Below the pieces are notes generated by a model that saw nothing but the letters and a program-made list of their open reading frames with translations, did not search any database and was not told the origin of the DNA. DNA of 63,987 bases, the filler included, from Octopus bimaculoides (Eukaryota), in NCBI RefSeq assembly GCF_001194135.2. It is 6 parts of 5 records of this genome, joined end to end, with 100 filler letters (N's around TTAATTAATTAA, not from the genome) between each part and the next. Parts side by side here need not be neighbours in the genome. Positions count along the whole stretch, not along the records: positions 1 to 21,778 come from NC_068991.1; 5 more parts are not named here. One strand, given 5' to 3'. The translations under genes were made by a program, and so were the position numbers. This document shows positions 1-11,918 of this stretch, one piece after another (the stretch's first letter is position 1; each line of letters opens with the position of its first letter).

Positions 1-68
1 TGTATGTATAGAGAAAGAAAAAGATAAAGAGACCAACGGCAAAGTTAGAATTATATTTTATGTATAAA

Positions 69-117
69 GTCTTACAGCTGTTTCAGGGAAAATTCAATGT
101 ATTCCTTCATCGGAGAC
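69..117 (-). ncRNA. Minimal type I hammerhead ribozyme-like motif (Penelope-type) with CCGAUGA core
   Basis: Minus strand reads GUCU-CCGAUGA-AGG(N16)CCU-GAAA-C-AGCU-G-UA|AGAC. Helix I GUCU/AGAC, helix II AGG/CCU, palindromic CAGCUG helix III. Confidence 0.6.
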
Positions 118-489
118 GGTAATAGTAGAAGAATGGATTATTACATCTATAAGAGGAGATTTGTAGTAAGAAGTGAGAGCGATGCGTAGAAGAAAGAACA
201 AAGATGAAAAAGTACTTGGAGTATAGTTCCATTCCAACAGTAAACAACCATGTAAAGAATCCTTGTGAGTATTTTCCGGAGATAATTGTAGTAGCAAAGG
301 TGGATATATATCATATCGTATCCAGTGTACTCTGTGTGTTGTTTACTCAAAGGATAGTCCGAATCGAGTGAGAGATGTGTGTAGGATTAAGAGGTCAAGT
401 CTTAAGACAGGAAGGAAGTGGGGAAGAAGTAATTCAAGTGAGAAATACGGTTGGTAGTAGTAAGCAGTCGTAAGGTCAGTATAACTGGG

Positions 490-735
490 AGTGCTGATGG
501 AAACTGCCCATATCCTACGTAAAATACTGTCTATGTAATCTCAAATTTTAAAACAAACTTAATTTTCTTACGTGTTCTTAAATATTCTCTAGAACAATAC
601 TAGGTACAAAACCAAATATATGACACCCTAGGCATAACACCAACATGAACTTCTAACTCGTTGTCTTTTGAGGTCTCTGGGTGAGACTTGGAGCCAACTT
701 GTATAAATACAAAGCAAAAGTCAAACAATAAAAAG
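490..735 (+). mobile_element. R4/Dong-clade non-LTR retrotransposon 3' end (family 1)
   Basis: Encodes LMETAHILRKILSM* then a 3' UTR that closely matches 61950-62180. A-rich tail. Confidence 0.7.
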
Positions 736-768
736 AAAAAGAAGTAAAATAAAAAGAAATATACATAC

Positions 769-928
769 CATCGGGATTATAGAAGCTTATGGAAAACGTG
801 TCCCCAGCCGTGTCGATCGTGATTCGAAGGTCCCAGAGGTTCTTATCGACATAAATCTCCAAATAACTTTGATCCGCTGGGTGGAGTGTGGAACGCATGA
901 TTTCTACGGGATATTCAACTAAATTTTC
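769..928 (-). CDS. VWA7: VWA7-like exon (160 nt; ENLVEYPVEIMRSTLHPADQSYLEIYVDKNLWDLRITIDTAGDTFSISFYNPDG)
   Basis: TACCCAG acceptor, GTATGT donor, phase 0 to 1. Beta-rich post-VWA segment ending in NPxG. The gene continues toward or past the left window edge. Confidence 0.85.
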
Positions 929-1030
929 CTGGGTAGATACGAATACAAATACACATTAGACAATGCATATGATAAGTAATACACATTCTCCTCCTCCTCT
1001 CCCCTTCCCCTCTACCTTCTCCTCATCCCT

Positions 1031-1032
<2 letters not shown>

Positions 1033-1088
<56 letters not shown>

Positions 1089-1248
1089 CTACAACCACAA
1101 CCACCATAACTATCATTATCAGCATCATCTTCATCTTCATGATCAGCTGACGATGACGATAATGAGATGATGCTGATGATGATGATCATTATCATCAACG
1201 TAACCATCATCGTTATCAGCAGCAGCAGCAGCAGCAGCTTTATGACCA

Positions 1249-1294
<46 letters not shown>

Positions 1295-1348
1295 TTCATG
1301 ATCATGATGATGGTTGTCATCGCCGTCGTCGTCGTCGTCATCATCATC
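1033..1348. repeat. (CAT)n / (CAG)n compound trinucleotide microsatellite
   Basis: Direct reading; explains the poly-D/poly-L ORF at 956-1249. Confidence 0.9.
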
Positions 1349-1589
1349 TCTCTAAACAGAACTTCTGCTAGACACGTCAAGTCTCTTCTCTTCTTACAAA
1401 ACACGACTTTACCACACTCTTAACAATTTTCATTCTCCCTATTTTTGCTTCGTTTCTTCTGAAAGTCATTTGGTGTGCTCTGGCAGTATTTGCTATTGCT
1501 TTCGTTATTAATGCTGTTGCTTAGCTTCAAATCATTTCTAATCGATCAAAAGTCTTCCAACCAAGACCAACTAGTCTTTATTATGTATA

Positions 1590-1905
1590 TCAAACTCAAA
1601 TTCCGCCGAGGTCGACTTTGTCTTTCATCCTTTCGGAGTCAATAAATTAAGTACCAGTGAAAGACTGGGGTCGATGTAATCGACTAATCCCCTCCCCCAA
1701 ATTTCATCCTTGTGCCTTTGGTAGAAAGGATTATGTATATCAAAACTCTGGCTAGCAAGCTGGCAGAATCGTTAGCACGCTGCTCAAAATGATTAGCAGC
1801 ATTTGGTACGTTCTGAAACCAAATTCCGCCGAGATCGATTTTGCCATTCATCCTTTCGGTGTCGATAAATTAAGTACCAGTTAAACACTGGGGTCGATGG
1901 AATCT
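1590..1905 (+). mobile_element. Two tandem copies of SINE family C
   Basis: Shared AATTCCGCCGAGGTCGACTTTG..TTTCATCCTTTCGG.GTC.ATAAATTAAGTACCAG block, present twice. Confidence 0.8.
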
Positions 1906-2214
1906 ACTTAGTATTGTCACTTAGGCTGAAGGCAAGACATGGCTGAATGGTTAAGAAGTTCGCTTCGCTAGCACGTGGTTCCGGGTTCAATTCCTCAGCA
2001 CGGTAGAGCCAGTGTCTTCTACTTTTGGCTTATTAGTAGATTAAAGCTTTTCAAATTGAATTTGTTAGACAAAAACTATAGATGTTTGATATGGTCTAGC
2101 GTCCTACCTAAGGGGACATTATTTTTATTTCTCCCGCGATTAACGTTACAGAAAACCAGAGATAAACCGTGTACGAAAACGAACATTATTTCACGTCAAA
2201 AATGAAGTACTTAC

Positions 2215-2336
2215 TTCGAGTACAGTAAGGGTATTTTCCAACTGCTTCTCATTGGTCACATAAACTTGACTTCCTGTTTTATCTGCAAGCTGGTCGAATA
2301 TTTTATACCAGCTGTCGATTTTATCGAAATCATAAT
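2215..2336 (-). CDS. VWA7: VWA7-like exon (122 nt; DYDFDKIDSWYKIFDQLADKTGSQVYVTNEKQLENTLTVLE)
   Basis: TTTTTTTCCTCCCTAG acceptor, GTAAGT donor, phase 1 to 0. LADKTGSQVY resembles the LAxxSGGxV segment that ends VWA7/hemicentin VWA domains. Not in the ORF track. Confidence 0.88.
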
Positions 2337-2647
2337 CTAGGGAGGAAAAAAAGAACACATTTACAACACATATATGATTAAATAGTGATAAAAGCAGTTT
2401 TGATAAAAAAAAAAGTAATATTTATCACGTACTTAAAGTAGATATTGTGAAAAGAACGCAGCTTGAAAAATGGACAGAGTCAACAACTATTGAGAAGGTT
2501 GCAAGACGCAACGAAATTTTTAGAAAAATAAATAAGTAAATGAGTGGAAATTTTACCGGTGAGTGTGTTAAATTATAAGGCACTAAAACAGAATGACTCT
2601 CCCCAGACACAACAGTATATACACATACACACACACACGCACGCACG

Positions 2648-2691
<44 letters not shown>

Positions 2692-2732
2692 TATGTATAC
2701 ATATGTCATATATAATACATATATACATATAC

Positions 2733-2784
<52 letters not shown>

Positions 2785-3461
2785 GTATGTATATATGTAT
2801 CGTATGTATATACATACACACGTTTGGTTTTACAAGCAAGAAAACGATATAAATAATTTTTTATTAGTTGAAATCGCTACAGAAGTGGCACACGGTATAA
2901 TGGTTCGTGCCGATGAACTTGTCAAATATGATATACATTTGTGCCTTCGTACAAAACCCTTGACCCTTGGGATATTCCTATAACAATCTCAGTTAATTTT
3001 ATATGTCCTGACTTGTCTGAAGAAGCGGTTGTACACTAAGAAAAACTCCAAGCCACCGAGGCACCCTAAATTGTATATGATGTTAGTCTCTCGTAGTATG
3101 AGAAAGACGGTTCTGCAATTTCTTGCTGAGCCTCAGCAAATGATTTGTTTTTTTTTATAGTGATCAATGTTTGTGCTGTACATCAGCGCCCTCACTCCAT
3201 GAACTCGGCGTTGCTTGAACAGGTGTACAACACGTCAGATGTCGAAGTGATCGCAGAACAGCGTGAGATCAAAAGTTTTGCTCAAGAACAGAACGTACCG
3301 CCCGGTCCAGGAACTGAAACCTCGATCTCGCGATCGTGAGTGCAACACCCTCATCACTAGGTCATGTCCCCTGAATAAATCGTATATATGCATGATGTAA
3401 CACTTGTGTTCACCAATAAAAAACTTGTCTGAAACAGCTGTAGTGAACCTCAATCCATCTG

Positions 3462-3537
<76 letters not shown>

Positions 3538-4827
3538 ATGTGTACACACACACACACATGCACACACACATGCACACACACACATACGCAATATACTCGC
3601 ACACATAAACATATTTGTTGACCCTGGGGCTATCAAGAATTATAAGGTTTTATATAAAATACTAAAAGTTTGAACATGTTTTATCAAAATAGTGTTTGTT
3701 TGTTTGCGCGCACACGTGTGTATTATAGAATATACGATCCATACGAATAAAGAATATATGCATGAAGTAATAGAGGCAGGTAGTTCATATTTCATGTCAA
3801 GTTTTGCTCGAGTTTAATAGGTCTATTTAAAAAATTATCTACGATGAATATAGGAACAAGGGCTTTATTTGTGACCAGAAATAATGGTGGCAGGTTTTGT
3901 CAAGTGTTAATTGTTTTCCGTCGGGAACACTTATATCAGAGATAATAATCAGTAAACGGAAGGTCCTAATTATGATAGTATAGCATTCAATTACGACTGA
4001 ATAATTATCCACACTTATGTTGGATGATGCGTGGGACAACGGTATCTCGCGTCAAATAAGTCAATGAGCAATTGTTAGAATCGTTATTTTATCATTTCTT
4101 TCAAAGCACTCTACCCAGTCAACGATATAACAGCATTAATAATCACATAAGCACACATACACACAAACATACACAAACACTTATGTACACTCAAAGACGC
4201 ACACACGTATGCACAGGCACACCCGAATATATAATGTCAACATCTACTTTCAGTAAGGAGTTGATTGCAACGATTGCAGGGGTTGGTTAATTATTGATGA
4301 AGATCTAAGCATTTAATATAATGTCCTGTTTCACTCACTTGACTGTTGCGCTCAAAATGACACCAACACTGCAAAATTATCTAATTATCTTCTTGTTCAT
4401 ATTTCCATACATGTCACTGACTCATACAGGTGCTACGACTTACAACTGGTGGCTGTTGCTAAACCAAGCAGTCAGTAGCAACTGCACCTTCACTTAAAGC
4501 TATTTACGTGCACACTGCCTTCTAAGAGCTGCGAATATAATCACAATAAAATAGTCGTGGATGCTGTATGTGGGAAGAAGAGCCGTATGGGTGTTGTGGA
4601 AGGATTCAGACCACCCCCAACTGACTAAAAGGTGGACTGACTCATTATTATAAAACAAAGAACTGTGTGCGATTGGCAGTTAGTGTTTGTTGGTAAGCAG
4701 TTCACTGTAAGTCTTGGATATAGAACGTTGAGTCTCGTGTGATAGTAATAGTAATGCATCATGTTTTTACTTTCTTCCCCACTGCTTTGTTATATTATAT
4801 ATTCAATACTATAATAAAATAAATAAA

Positions 4828-5076
4828 TGCGCCCTTTTAAAGCCTAGCCAGGCTCATGGGTCCGGTTTCCCGGTTTCAATGGCGTATGTGTTCCCCAACT
4901 GGGCGAGACGCCAGTCCATCGCAGCGTTACTCATTTTTGCCAGCTGAGTGGACTGGAGCAACGTGAAATGAAGTGTTTTGCTCAAGAACACAACGCGTCG
5001 CCCGGTCCAGGAATCGAAACCACAATCTTACGATCATGATGCTGACACCTTAACCACTAAGCCACGCGCCTCCACA
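4828..5076 (-). mobile_element. tRNA-derived SINE family B
   Basis: tRNA-like head on the minus strand and a GTGTTCTTGAGCAAAACAC core. Related partial copies at about 3200-3372 (-) and 12427-12575 (+). Confidence 0.75.
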
Positions 5077-6501
5077 TATTCAATACTAGGATATAAAAAT
5101 AGGTCAGGATGTTACTGAAATAAATTACTTAGTAACAACTGAAACCGTATGATCAAATGTCGTTTGATAATCCTGATAAACACATCAAACCGAGCTTTTA
5201 CTAAGAATCTATCGCATCCCAACTGAAGCAATCATTTTTAAAATGGGTGCTACCCTCTCTGAGCACATCAGGACTGATTAAAGGGTCATGTAATTGTAAA
5301 TCTAGACGGGTGTTGTGCTTACTGTTAGGTTTTAGAATTTCTGTGATATAATATTATTTTCTTTACAATTTTCTATTTTATCCGCCTGAGTAATACTACC
5401 TGCAGAATAAACATATTTCACTGTTTGAACTGATATAAGATAGGTGGAGTGGGTTGGCTCAAAATATAAGGAGTAAAATTCAAAGTGGATGAGAATAACT
5501 GATTTAGATAATACACTGTTTCGCTTTTCGAACAATACATTTCTTTAGTCTATTTCTCTCACAATTGGACGAAATAATAAACACGCAAAAAAACAATAAC
5601 AAAAAAAAAAACCCAGAAAAGCAAAAAAAGACATTCTGGAAGAAGACAGAAAAAATATTTGAGAGACAGAAGAGATATGTCTTATAAAGACAACGTAAAA
5701 CATGAAATCAAAACTGGCAGAGTAGAGAGAATTCTGGTCTCGAATCATAGCTAGAGCGTTAAACTGTGTCCATGGCCAACTCTTACCACACGTTTACAAA
5801 ACATTCCTAGTTGTACATATTTGGGACTTTGTGAAAGAGTTTAGTACATCAAAACAATGAGATGAGTATGTAATTAACGAGTATCTCCATAACTTGTTGT
5901 GCCGGTGTGTATCCATGGGTTAAATAAGAGAAAAGCAGATTCCACTAAACTGAATGGCCAAAAAGAACGGAAACTTTCGTGGTGCCTCGTCATCTTAAAT
6001 CAATGTTATGGTAGGCATTAAAATATTAAGAGCCTTTTTATGTTGATGGAGTACGTATGTATGTATATCGCATTTAGTAAACAATACCATCGTTGCTTAC
6101 AAGTTTCCAACTGGACAGTTATTGGTTTACTGAATTCCTAACGGCAAAAGTGACAAGAGAAAGTCGATGCATCTCGGGGAGAGCAAATTCTATGTCTATG
6201 TATTTTGTATTCGAAAGCAACGGTTTGTCGGTTTCTTTTTCTTCGCTGGCGTTAAGCAGTTTTCGGTGATATGTGTCGGTAAAAGATTTATGCACACCGA
6301 ACCAGGTGTCTACCTTGGCGAAGGTAGACACTTACCTAGATCGGGAGGGGAGTAAGTGGGGGGAAGGGGTTAAACTCATTGCAGTAGACCTAGAAGAGAT
6401 ACGAACGAAACAGCACATCATTTGTGAGTTAGATGTTGTAGTGTGTAGGTGAATGAATGTTTAACCGCACACACACACGTGCGCGCGCACACGCACACAC
6501 A

Positions 6502-6541
<40 letters not shown>

Positions 6542-6882
6542 AACACATATCCGTACATTTATGCATGTACACACAAAAGTGAGTGAACAAATGAAAGAAA
6601 GTGGCACTCAGTACATTTAGTTGGAGTTATATGTGCTATAGTTCAATGTTGGGCCGACATGAGCAAACAGGGAATTCCGCCGAGTTGCTTATGTGGATGA
6701 ATAAATGGAGGAAAAGATGTTTAATGTGGAACCTCGGAAGGAGGTACGCTATAAGAGGCGGAAGTGGGAGAGGTGTGTGTGTCAGTTAGGCCTGGTTGGC
6801 GAGAGTTGGTAGTCATGTAGATGAGTTAAACAAGGGATATAGTTACGGTACAAGAAACAGAGAGCGAGAGAGAGAGAGTGAG

Positions 6883-6980
<98 letters not shown>

Positions 6981-7223
6981 CAGTGTGTCAGTGTGGTTAG
7001 AAGTTGCAGTGTTTGGATGATTGACAATCAACTGAATGGCAATATATGGGATTCGAATTTGGATGATAATGTGTGTGTGTGTGTGTGTGTGTAATTGCAA
7101 CGACAGCATTGTGCACAAAACATGAGCAGAACTACCAGCATGGGTGTTAATTGATCTGAATAGAAACTAAATGAAATGAGAAATCTAATGATTATGATAA
7201 TAATAATAATTACTATTACAAAC

Positions 7224-7403
7224 CAATTGTATCTGAAGCCTCTCGCCTTCTTCTGTCTTTTCCACAACCACGAGAAAGAATTGGTGTGATTCTAATACGT
7301 TTCTTTATGGCTTTCGTTAGTACACTTTCAAACTTGGCTGGTTCCTTGGGTGGAGCGTCGGTAAAGAGATACACCTGCGATTCCGGAGTCGCCCGTTCGA
7401 TTG
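7224..7403 (-). CDS. VWA7: VWA7-like exon (180 nt; AIERATPESQVYLFTDAPPKEPAKFESVLTKAIKKRIRITPILSRGCGKDRRRREASDTI)
   Basis: CTCTTTTAG acceptor and YLFTDA motif. The phase-1 donor GTTTGT is weak but is the one that joins the next exon in frame; an alternative GTAATA donor lies 4 nt downstream. Confidence 0.85.
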
Positions 7404-7423
7404 CTAAAAGAGAGCAACAAATG

Positions 7424-7469
<46 letters not shown>

Positions 7470-7552
7470 CAACAACCCCAAAATGGGGCAGTAATTCAAA
7501 AGATAGTGCTCATGGGAGCTGTCCATATCCTACGTAAAATACTGTCTATGCT
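7470..7552 (+). mobile_element. R4/Dong-clade fragment (family 1), directly after a (TAA)n tract
   Basis: PKMGAVIQKIVLMGAVHILRKILSM-like coding remnant matching 61912-61983; preceded by (TAA)n at about 7423-7465 and cut off at the mariner. Confidence 0.65.
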
Positions 7553-7556
7553 ACTG

Positions 7557-8085
7557 AAAAGGCGTGAGCATCCAGAGAATCTATCGTACAAATGACCATG
7601 AAGGATTTTTTCCACGGACCCTACACTTATCTTCACTTGGGCTAGTTCCCGAATAGTTATGCGTTGATCCTCCAAAATGGCGACTTCCACTTTATGGATG
7701 GTGTGGTCATCAATGGCGGAATGTGATCGTCCAGGTATAGAAGCAGTTTCCACCGATGTCCGACCACATTTGAACTGACGATGTCCGTGCTTGACTACGT
7801 CGTGTGATGGTGCATTGTCACCATAAACTTCTTTCATCTCATCGAAAGTCTCTTTTGGTGTACGACCTTTCAAGTATAAGAACCTGATCACTGATCTGCA
7901 TTCAACAGCCTCCATTATAACACCTTAGTCTACTTCAGCAGCCGTAAAAGACAAATGAATGCTATTGGAAAGCTACAATCTACAATGTGACAAGTAGAGA
8001 CATATATGATTATGCCTGTACAAGTTCCGTTTCCCACAATAACCGAAAATGGGTCAGGGGAAATCTTTAATGAATGCCCCTCGTA
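7557..8085 (-). mobile_element. Mariner transposon, 5' half with TIR and transposase N-terminal HTH
   Basis: The end reads TA-CGAGGGGCATTC on the minus strand (classic mariner TIR start). ORF from 7915: RSVIRFLYLKGRTPKETFDEMKEVYGDNAPS..VK...FKCGRTSV...GR; frameshifted remnant of WVPRMLTP; catalytic domain absent. Confidence 0.9.
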
Positions 8086-8290
8086 TCTCTCTGTATAATA
8101 CATACGTTCGTACGTACGTACTTATCTACTTACATACATGTATACATACATATATGCATACATGCAATTTCATTATAACATTCGTTTTGACTGGGACTAC
8201 AAAAGTTAGGCGAATCTTAATCTGTCTGTCTGTAAATGTTCTGTTGTTATTCTTGAACTTTTAAAACAACCTCTCTCTCTCTCTCTCTCT

Positions 8291-8379
<89 letters not shown>

Positions 8380-8805
8380 AAGGAAATGTTAAGTGATGTA
8401 ATGACACACTTAAAAATATTTGAAACATAATGTCTAATTTCTAAATCAGATAATCCTTGTCTTAACACAGGTACAACACTAGAAATTAGGGGGCCGGGGG
8501 ACTGACTATTGTATCAATCCTTGTATTTGACTGTGCTGGATTGTGCAATAAAAACACGCAATAAATATAAGACTGTTGAAGAAATAATAATTACAATTAT
8601 TTCTTATATAGACAAAAGGTCAGGCAATAACTGCTTCTGGGTGGGAACAGTAAGCTTAAAACGACTCCAAACTGAAAGCATAAAATGACGTAAATAAATG
8701 TAGGTTGAGTAAATTGGAAGCCATTTTACGATCACTTCATCTGCTAGAAATAGCGCCCAAATTTCCTTTAAATATATAGTATTAGATATGACTAACCCAT
8801 GTTAT

Positions 8806-8858
<53 letters not shown>

Positions 8859-9540
8859 CCACGCACGCACACTACATACATACATACATACATACATTCA
8901 AACACATAAATATATGCTTTTCAAGGCGTTGCTCAACATGGCCGCAGTCCAACGATTGAAACAAGTAAAGGATAAAAGCACAAAGATACCGCACTCAATA
9001 CACCAATCTGTGGCGCATACATACATGCACTTACCTCATAAACTCACATCGTATTTATTAACACACACGCATGTATATGAACACTTGTCCTTGGGAGTGG
9101 TTTAAATCTAGTTAAGTACAAAGGAAACAAAACCAAATTATATATACTACGGCCACCACCAACTAACAACATTACTGAAGCCTTAGTTTCAATATTCAGG
9201 TGACACCATTGACCCTGTCGACAATGAGGGCACCAATTCCTTATCTTTTAATCTCCACTTTACATTCATAATATAAATTACAGACCATCCTTATTTCTAC
9301 TTAATTCTTGACAAATATACACCTCAATTAAAAAACAATATGCATCTTGTCGTACAAATAATATTCGTTTTCATTTTTTTGTTTTTGCTCTTCTTCCTGC
9401 GTGTGGATCTGATTGTTGTTGATCATGTGATTGACCGAATATAGTCAAACGATGCAATTGAAACTGACATCATTCTATCAATTTTATGGGGGCGTTCCAT
9501 TCCTCTTGTATATTTTATATTAGTAGTATTAACTACGTGT

Positions 9541-9930
9541 GGAGGCGCAATGGCCCAGTGGTTAGGGCAGCGGACTCGCGGTCATAGGATCGCGGTTTCG
9601 ATTCCCAGACCGGGCGTTGTGAGTGTTTATTGAGCGAAAACATCTAAAGCTCCACGAGGCTCCGGCAGGGGATGGTGGCGAGCCCTGCTGTACTCTTTCA
9701 CCACAACTTTCTCTCACTCTTACTTCCTGTTTCTGTTGTGCCTGTAATTCAAAGGGTCAGCCTTGTCAATCTGTGTCACGCTGAATATCTCCGAGAACTA
9801 CGTTAAGGGTACACGTGTCTGTGGAGTGCTCAGCCACTTGCACGTTAATTTCACGAGCAGGCTGTTCCGTTGATCGGATCAACTGGAACCCTCGATGTCG
9901 TAAGCAAGGGAGTGCCAACAAACAAAAAAC
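9541..9930 (+). mobile_element. tRNA-derived SINE family A, full length
   Basis: A box TGGCCCAGTGG, B box GGTTTCGATTCC, CAA-type tail; near-identical to 14943-15333. Confidence 0.85.
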
Positions 9931-10485
9931 AATCACTAGCTAGTTTGGCGATGGGTAGTCACCTGGTTGTCTCAAATCACAATCTCATAAGCCAAGAAGT
10001 GTAGATTTTCTCTATTGCTTTCTCTTGATTTTTCAGTCAGTGATAATTCTCTCTGTTGCTTGAATTTTTCGTTGAATTCCCTGAACGGAGTTGACTCTTG
10101 TTTCATTTGTAGTCTGTATTTTAAGATGATAGGTGATACGAACATCGTCTTTTGTAGAGCTGGACTAGGTATTTTGGGTACAGTACCTGCCTTTCATCAT
10201 CTCTGAGCTAAGATCTTTGTGGTCTTTGTTTTGGACCGAGTTACATCCACTCCCTTTCTATCTCTCTGTCTTGCCGTCAGAAATACTGCGACTCAGTGAT
10301 TGACGCGTTGGAAACCTTTCGCATAGCACGTAATGTTTTGTTAGTTGCGATATAAAATAAATAATTTCCACTGCTCCTGAGGGACAGATCAGTCCTTCAG
10401 ATATGAACGATGAAACTGGAAATTTGGAAATTGAAGACTCTTAACTGAGATCTAACATACACTCAAGTATGCCCCTCCCTACTCG

Positions 10486-10576
<91 letters not shown>

Positions 10577-11798
10577 TCTATTTTTAATCGGCCGAGAATT
10601 CCGAGCATGACACTTATCAAACTTGATAAGTACCATTGACGAAACTCTCGGCTCTTAAGTCACTTTTATAGCTTCTGCCGATTATATATGGTTGCTCAAA
10701 TTACTATACTAATTTTTTTACTGTTCTTGTTTACTCCAACTCCAACTCTTATTTTGAAGTTACATTTGAAGTCCCTGAGTAACCCGTTGGTTTTTCGTGA
10801 ATCTACTTTACTTAACCTTCTGTCGATTCTCTTTTAATATAGCTATGGTCGGGTGTTGCACAGTGTTGATACTGTGGTTGCTATCAATACTGGTACAGTT
10901 ATTATTGCTAAGTAACTGTGGCTGCGAACGTTACTATGCTTAGTATTAACATGTTTGTTAGTGTTACTGTGGTTGTTGTTATTATTGATACTGATATTAC
11001 TGTGGTTAGTGACACAGTAACTAGTGTTACTGTTGCTAGTGTAGTGGCAATATATGTTGATATGGCTGCGTGTATATTATTACAAGAGTTCATATAGAGA
11101 TATAGATTGAATTCAAGAACTATATATTTGCTACATAAAAATACATTATATTTACTGGTCGATGATGATACATAATCAAAATGTAGAATCTAGTTGAATG
11201 AAGTAATCTATGCAAGGAAGTTCAGAGATAGGAAATATAGAAATAACAGCTAAATGGTAGCTTTCAGCGATTCAAGTTAAAAGTGGGGTGATAATGGGGT
11301 AGCGATTTATGTAAAAAGTAGGGCGATAATGGAGTAGCGATTCATGAAAAACAACAAAATAATGGGCTCATTAGGTTAAGTTTTATTTGTGAAATACAGT
11401 TGCTTTGAATTTGCTTCAGAAAGTGGTCTATGTTTGTGGTTAGTTGGGTGTGGGGGCGCTAGGAATGTGACTTGGGTGTCAAGGGGGCAGCAGCCTGAAA
11501 AAGTTTGACAACCACTGAAATAGCTAATGTTACTCCGATGTGGTTGGTGTTAGAGTGGTTATTGTTACGGTGGCTGTTCATATTGTGTTTAGTGTTAGTA
11601 TAATTGTAGTTATAGCGTTTGGTATTCTTGTAGTTGGCGACAAAGTGACTTGTGTTACTATATTTGATGTTACTCTAATGTTATTGTTGTTGGTGTTACA
11701 GTAGCTGGGGACACCGTAGCTGGTCATTTTGATATTTGTGTCATTGTATTTGATATTGCTGTAGTTACTACTGTTAGAAATATAACTACACAACTGAC

Positions 11799-11918
11799 CT
11801 TTCTCCAATCCACTGAGAGCATACTCCTCACAGTCTCCTCCGTTGGCCGCCTGTATGTTACGCAGCCAGTCTATCATCTCGTCGGCGTCGTTCGTTTGCC
11901 TGACTTCTGTCATACGTT
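11799..11918 (-). CDS. VWA7: VWA7-like exon (120 nt; ERMTEVRQTNDADEMIDWLRNIQAANGGDCEEYALSGLEK)
   Basis: CTCTTTCACAG acceptor, GTCAGT donor, phase 1-1. GGDCEE matches the GGDxPE VWA motif. Confidence 0.92.

Noticed and set aside
2245-2280. CCAAT box + ETS-like ACTTCCTG suggesting a plus-strand promoter
   Set aside because: Fully explained as the antisense of a VWA7-like coding exon (2215-2336).
2425-2983. The many ORFs rich in YI, CV, HT, ER or X across the window
   Set aside because: Translations of (TA)n, (CA)n, (GA)n microsatellites or N gaps.
3123-3139. Perfect palindrome TTGCTGAG-C-CTCAGCAA resembling a Maf element
   Set aside because: Spacing differs from canonical MAREs; a single short palindrome is expected by chance.
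9541-9615. tRNA-like sequences with A/B boxes
   Set aside because: SINE heads followed by family-specific bodies; no complete tRNA cloverleaf or terminator. No rRNA, true tRNA or CRISPR array was found.
10015-10330. DDERQVLYPKYLVQL, faintly like a PARP C-terminus
   Set aside because: In-frame stop immediately upstream, weak acceptor, no other PARP motifs.
10908-11790. Thr/Val-rich ORFs suggesting a mucin-like exon
   Set aside because: Degenerate GTT/ACT low-complexity intron sequence; the true exon ends at the 11799 donor.
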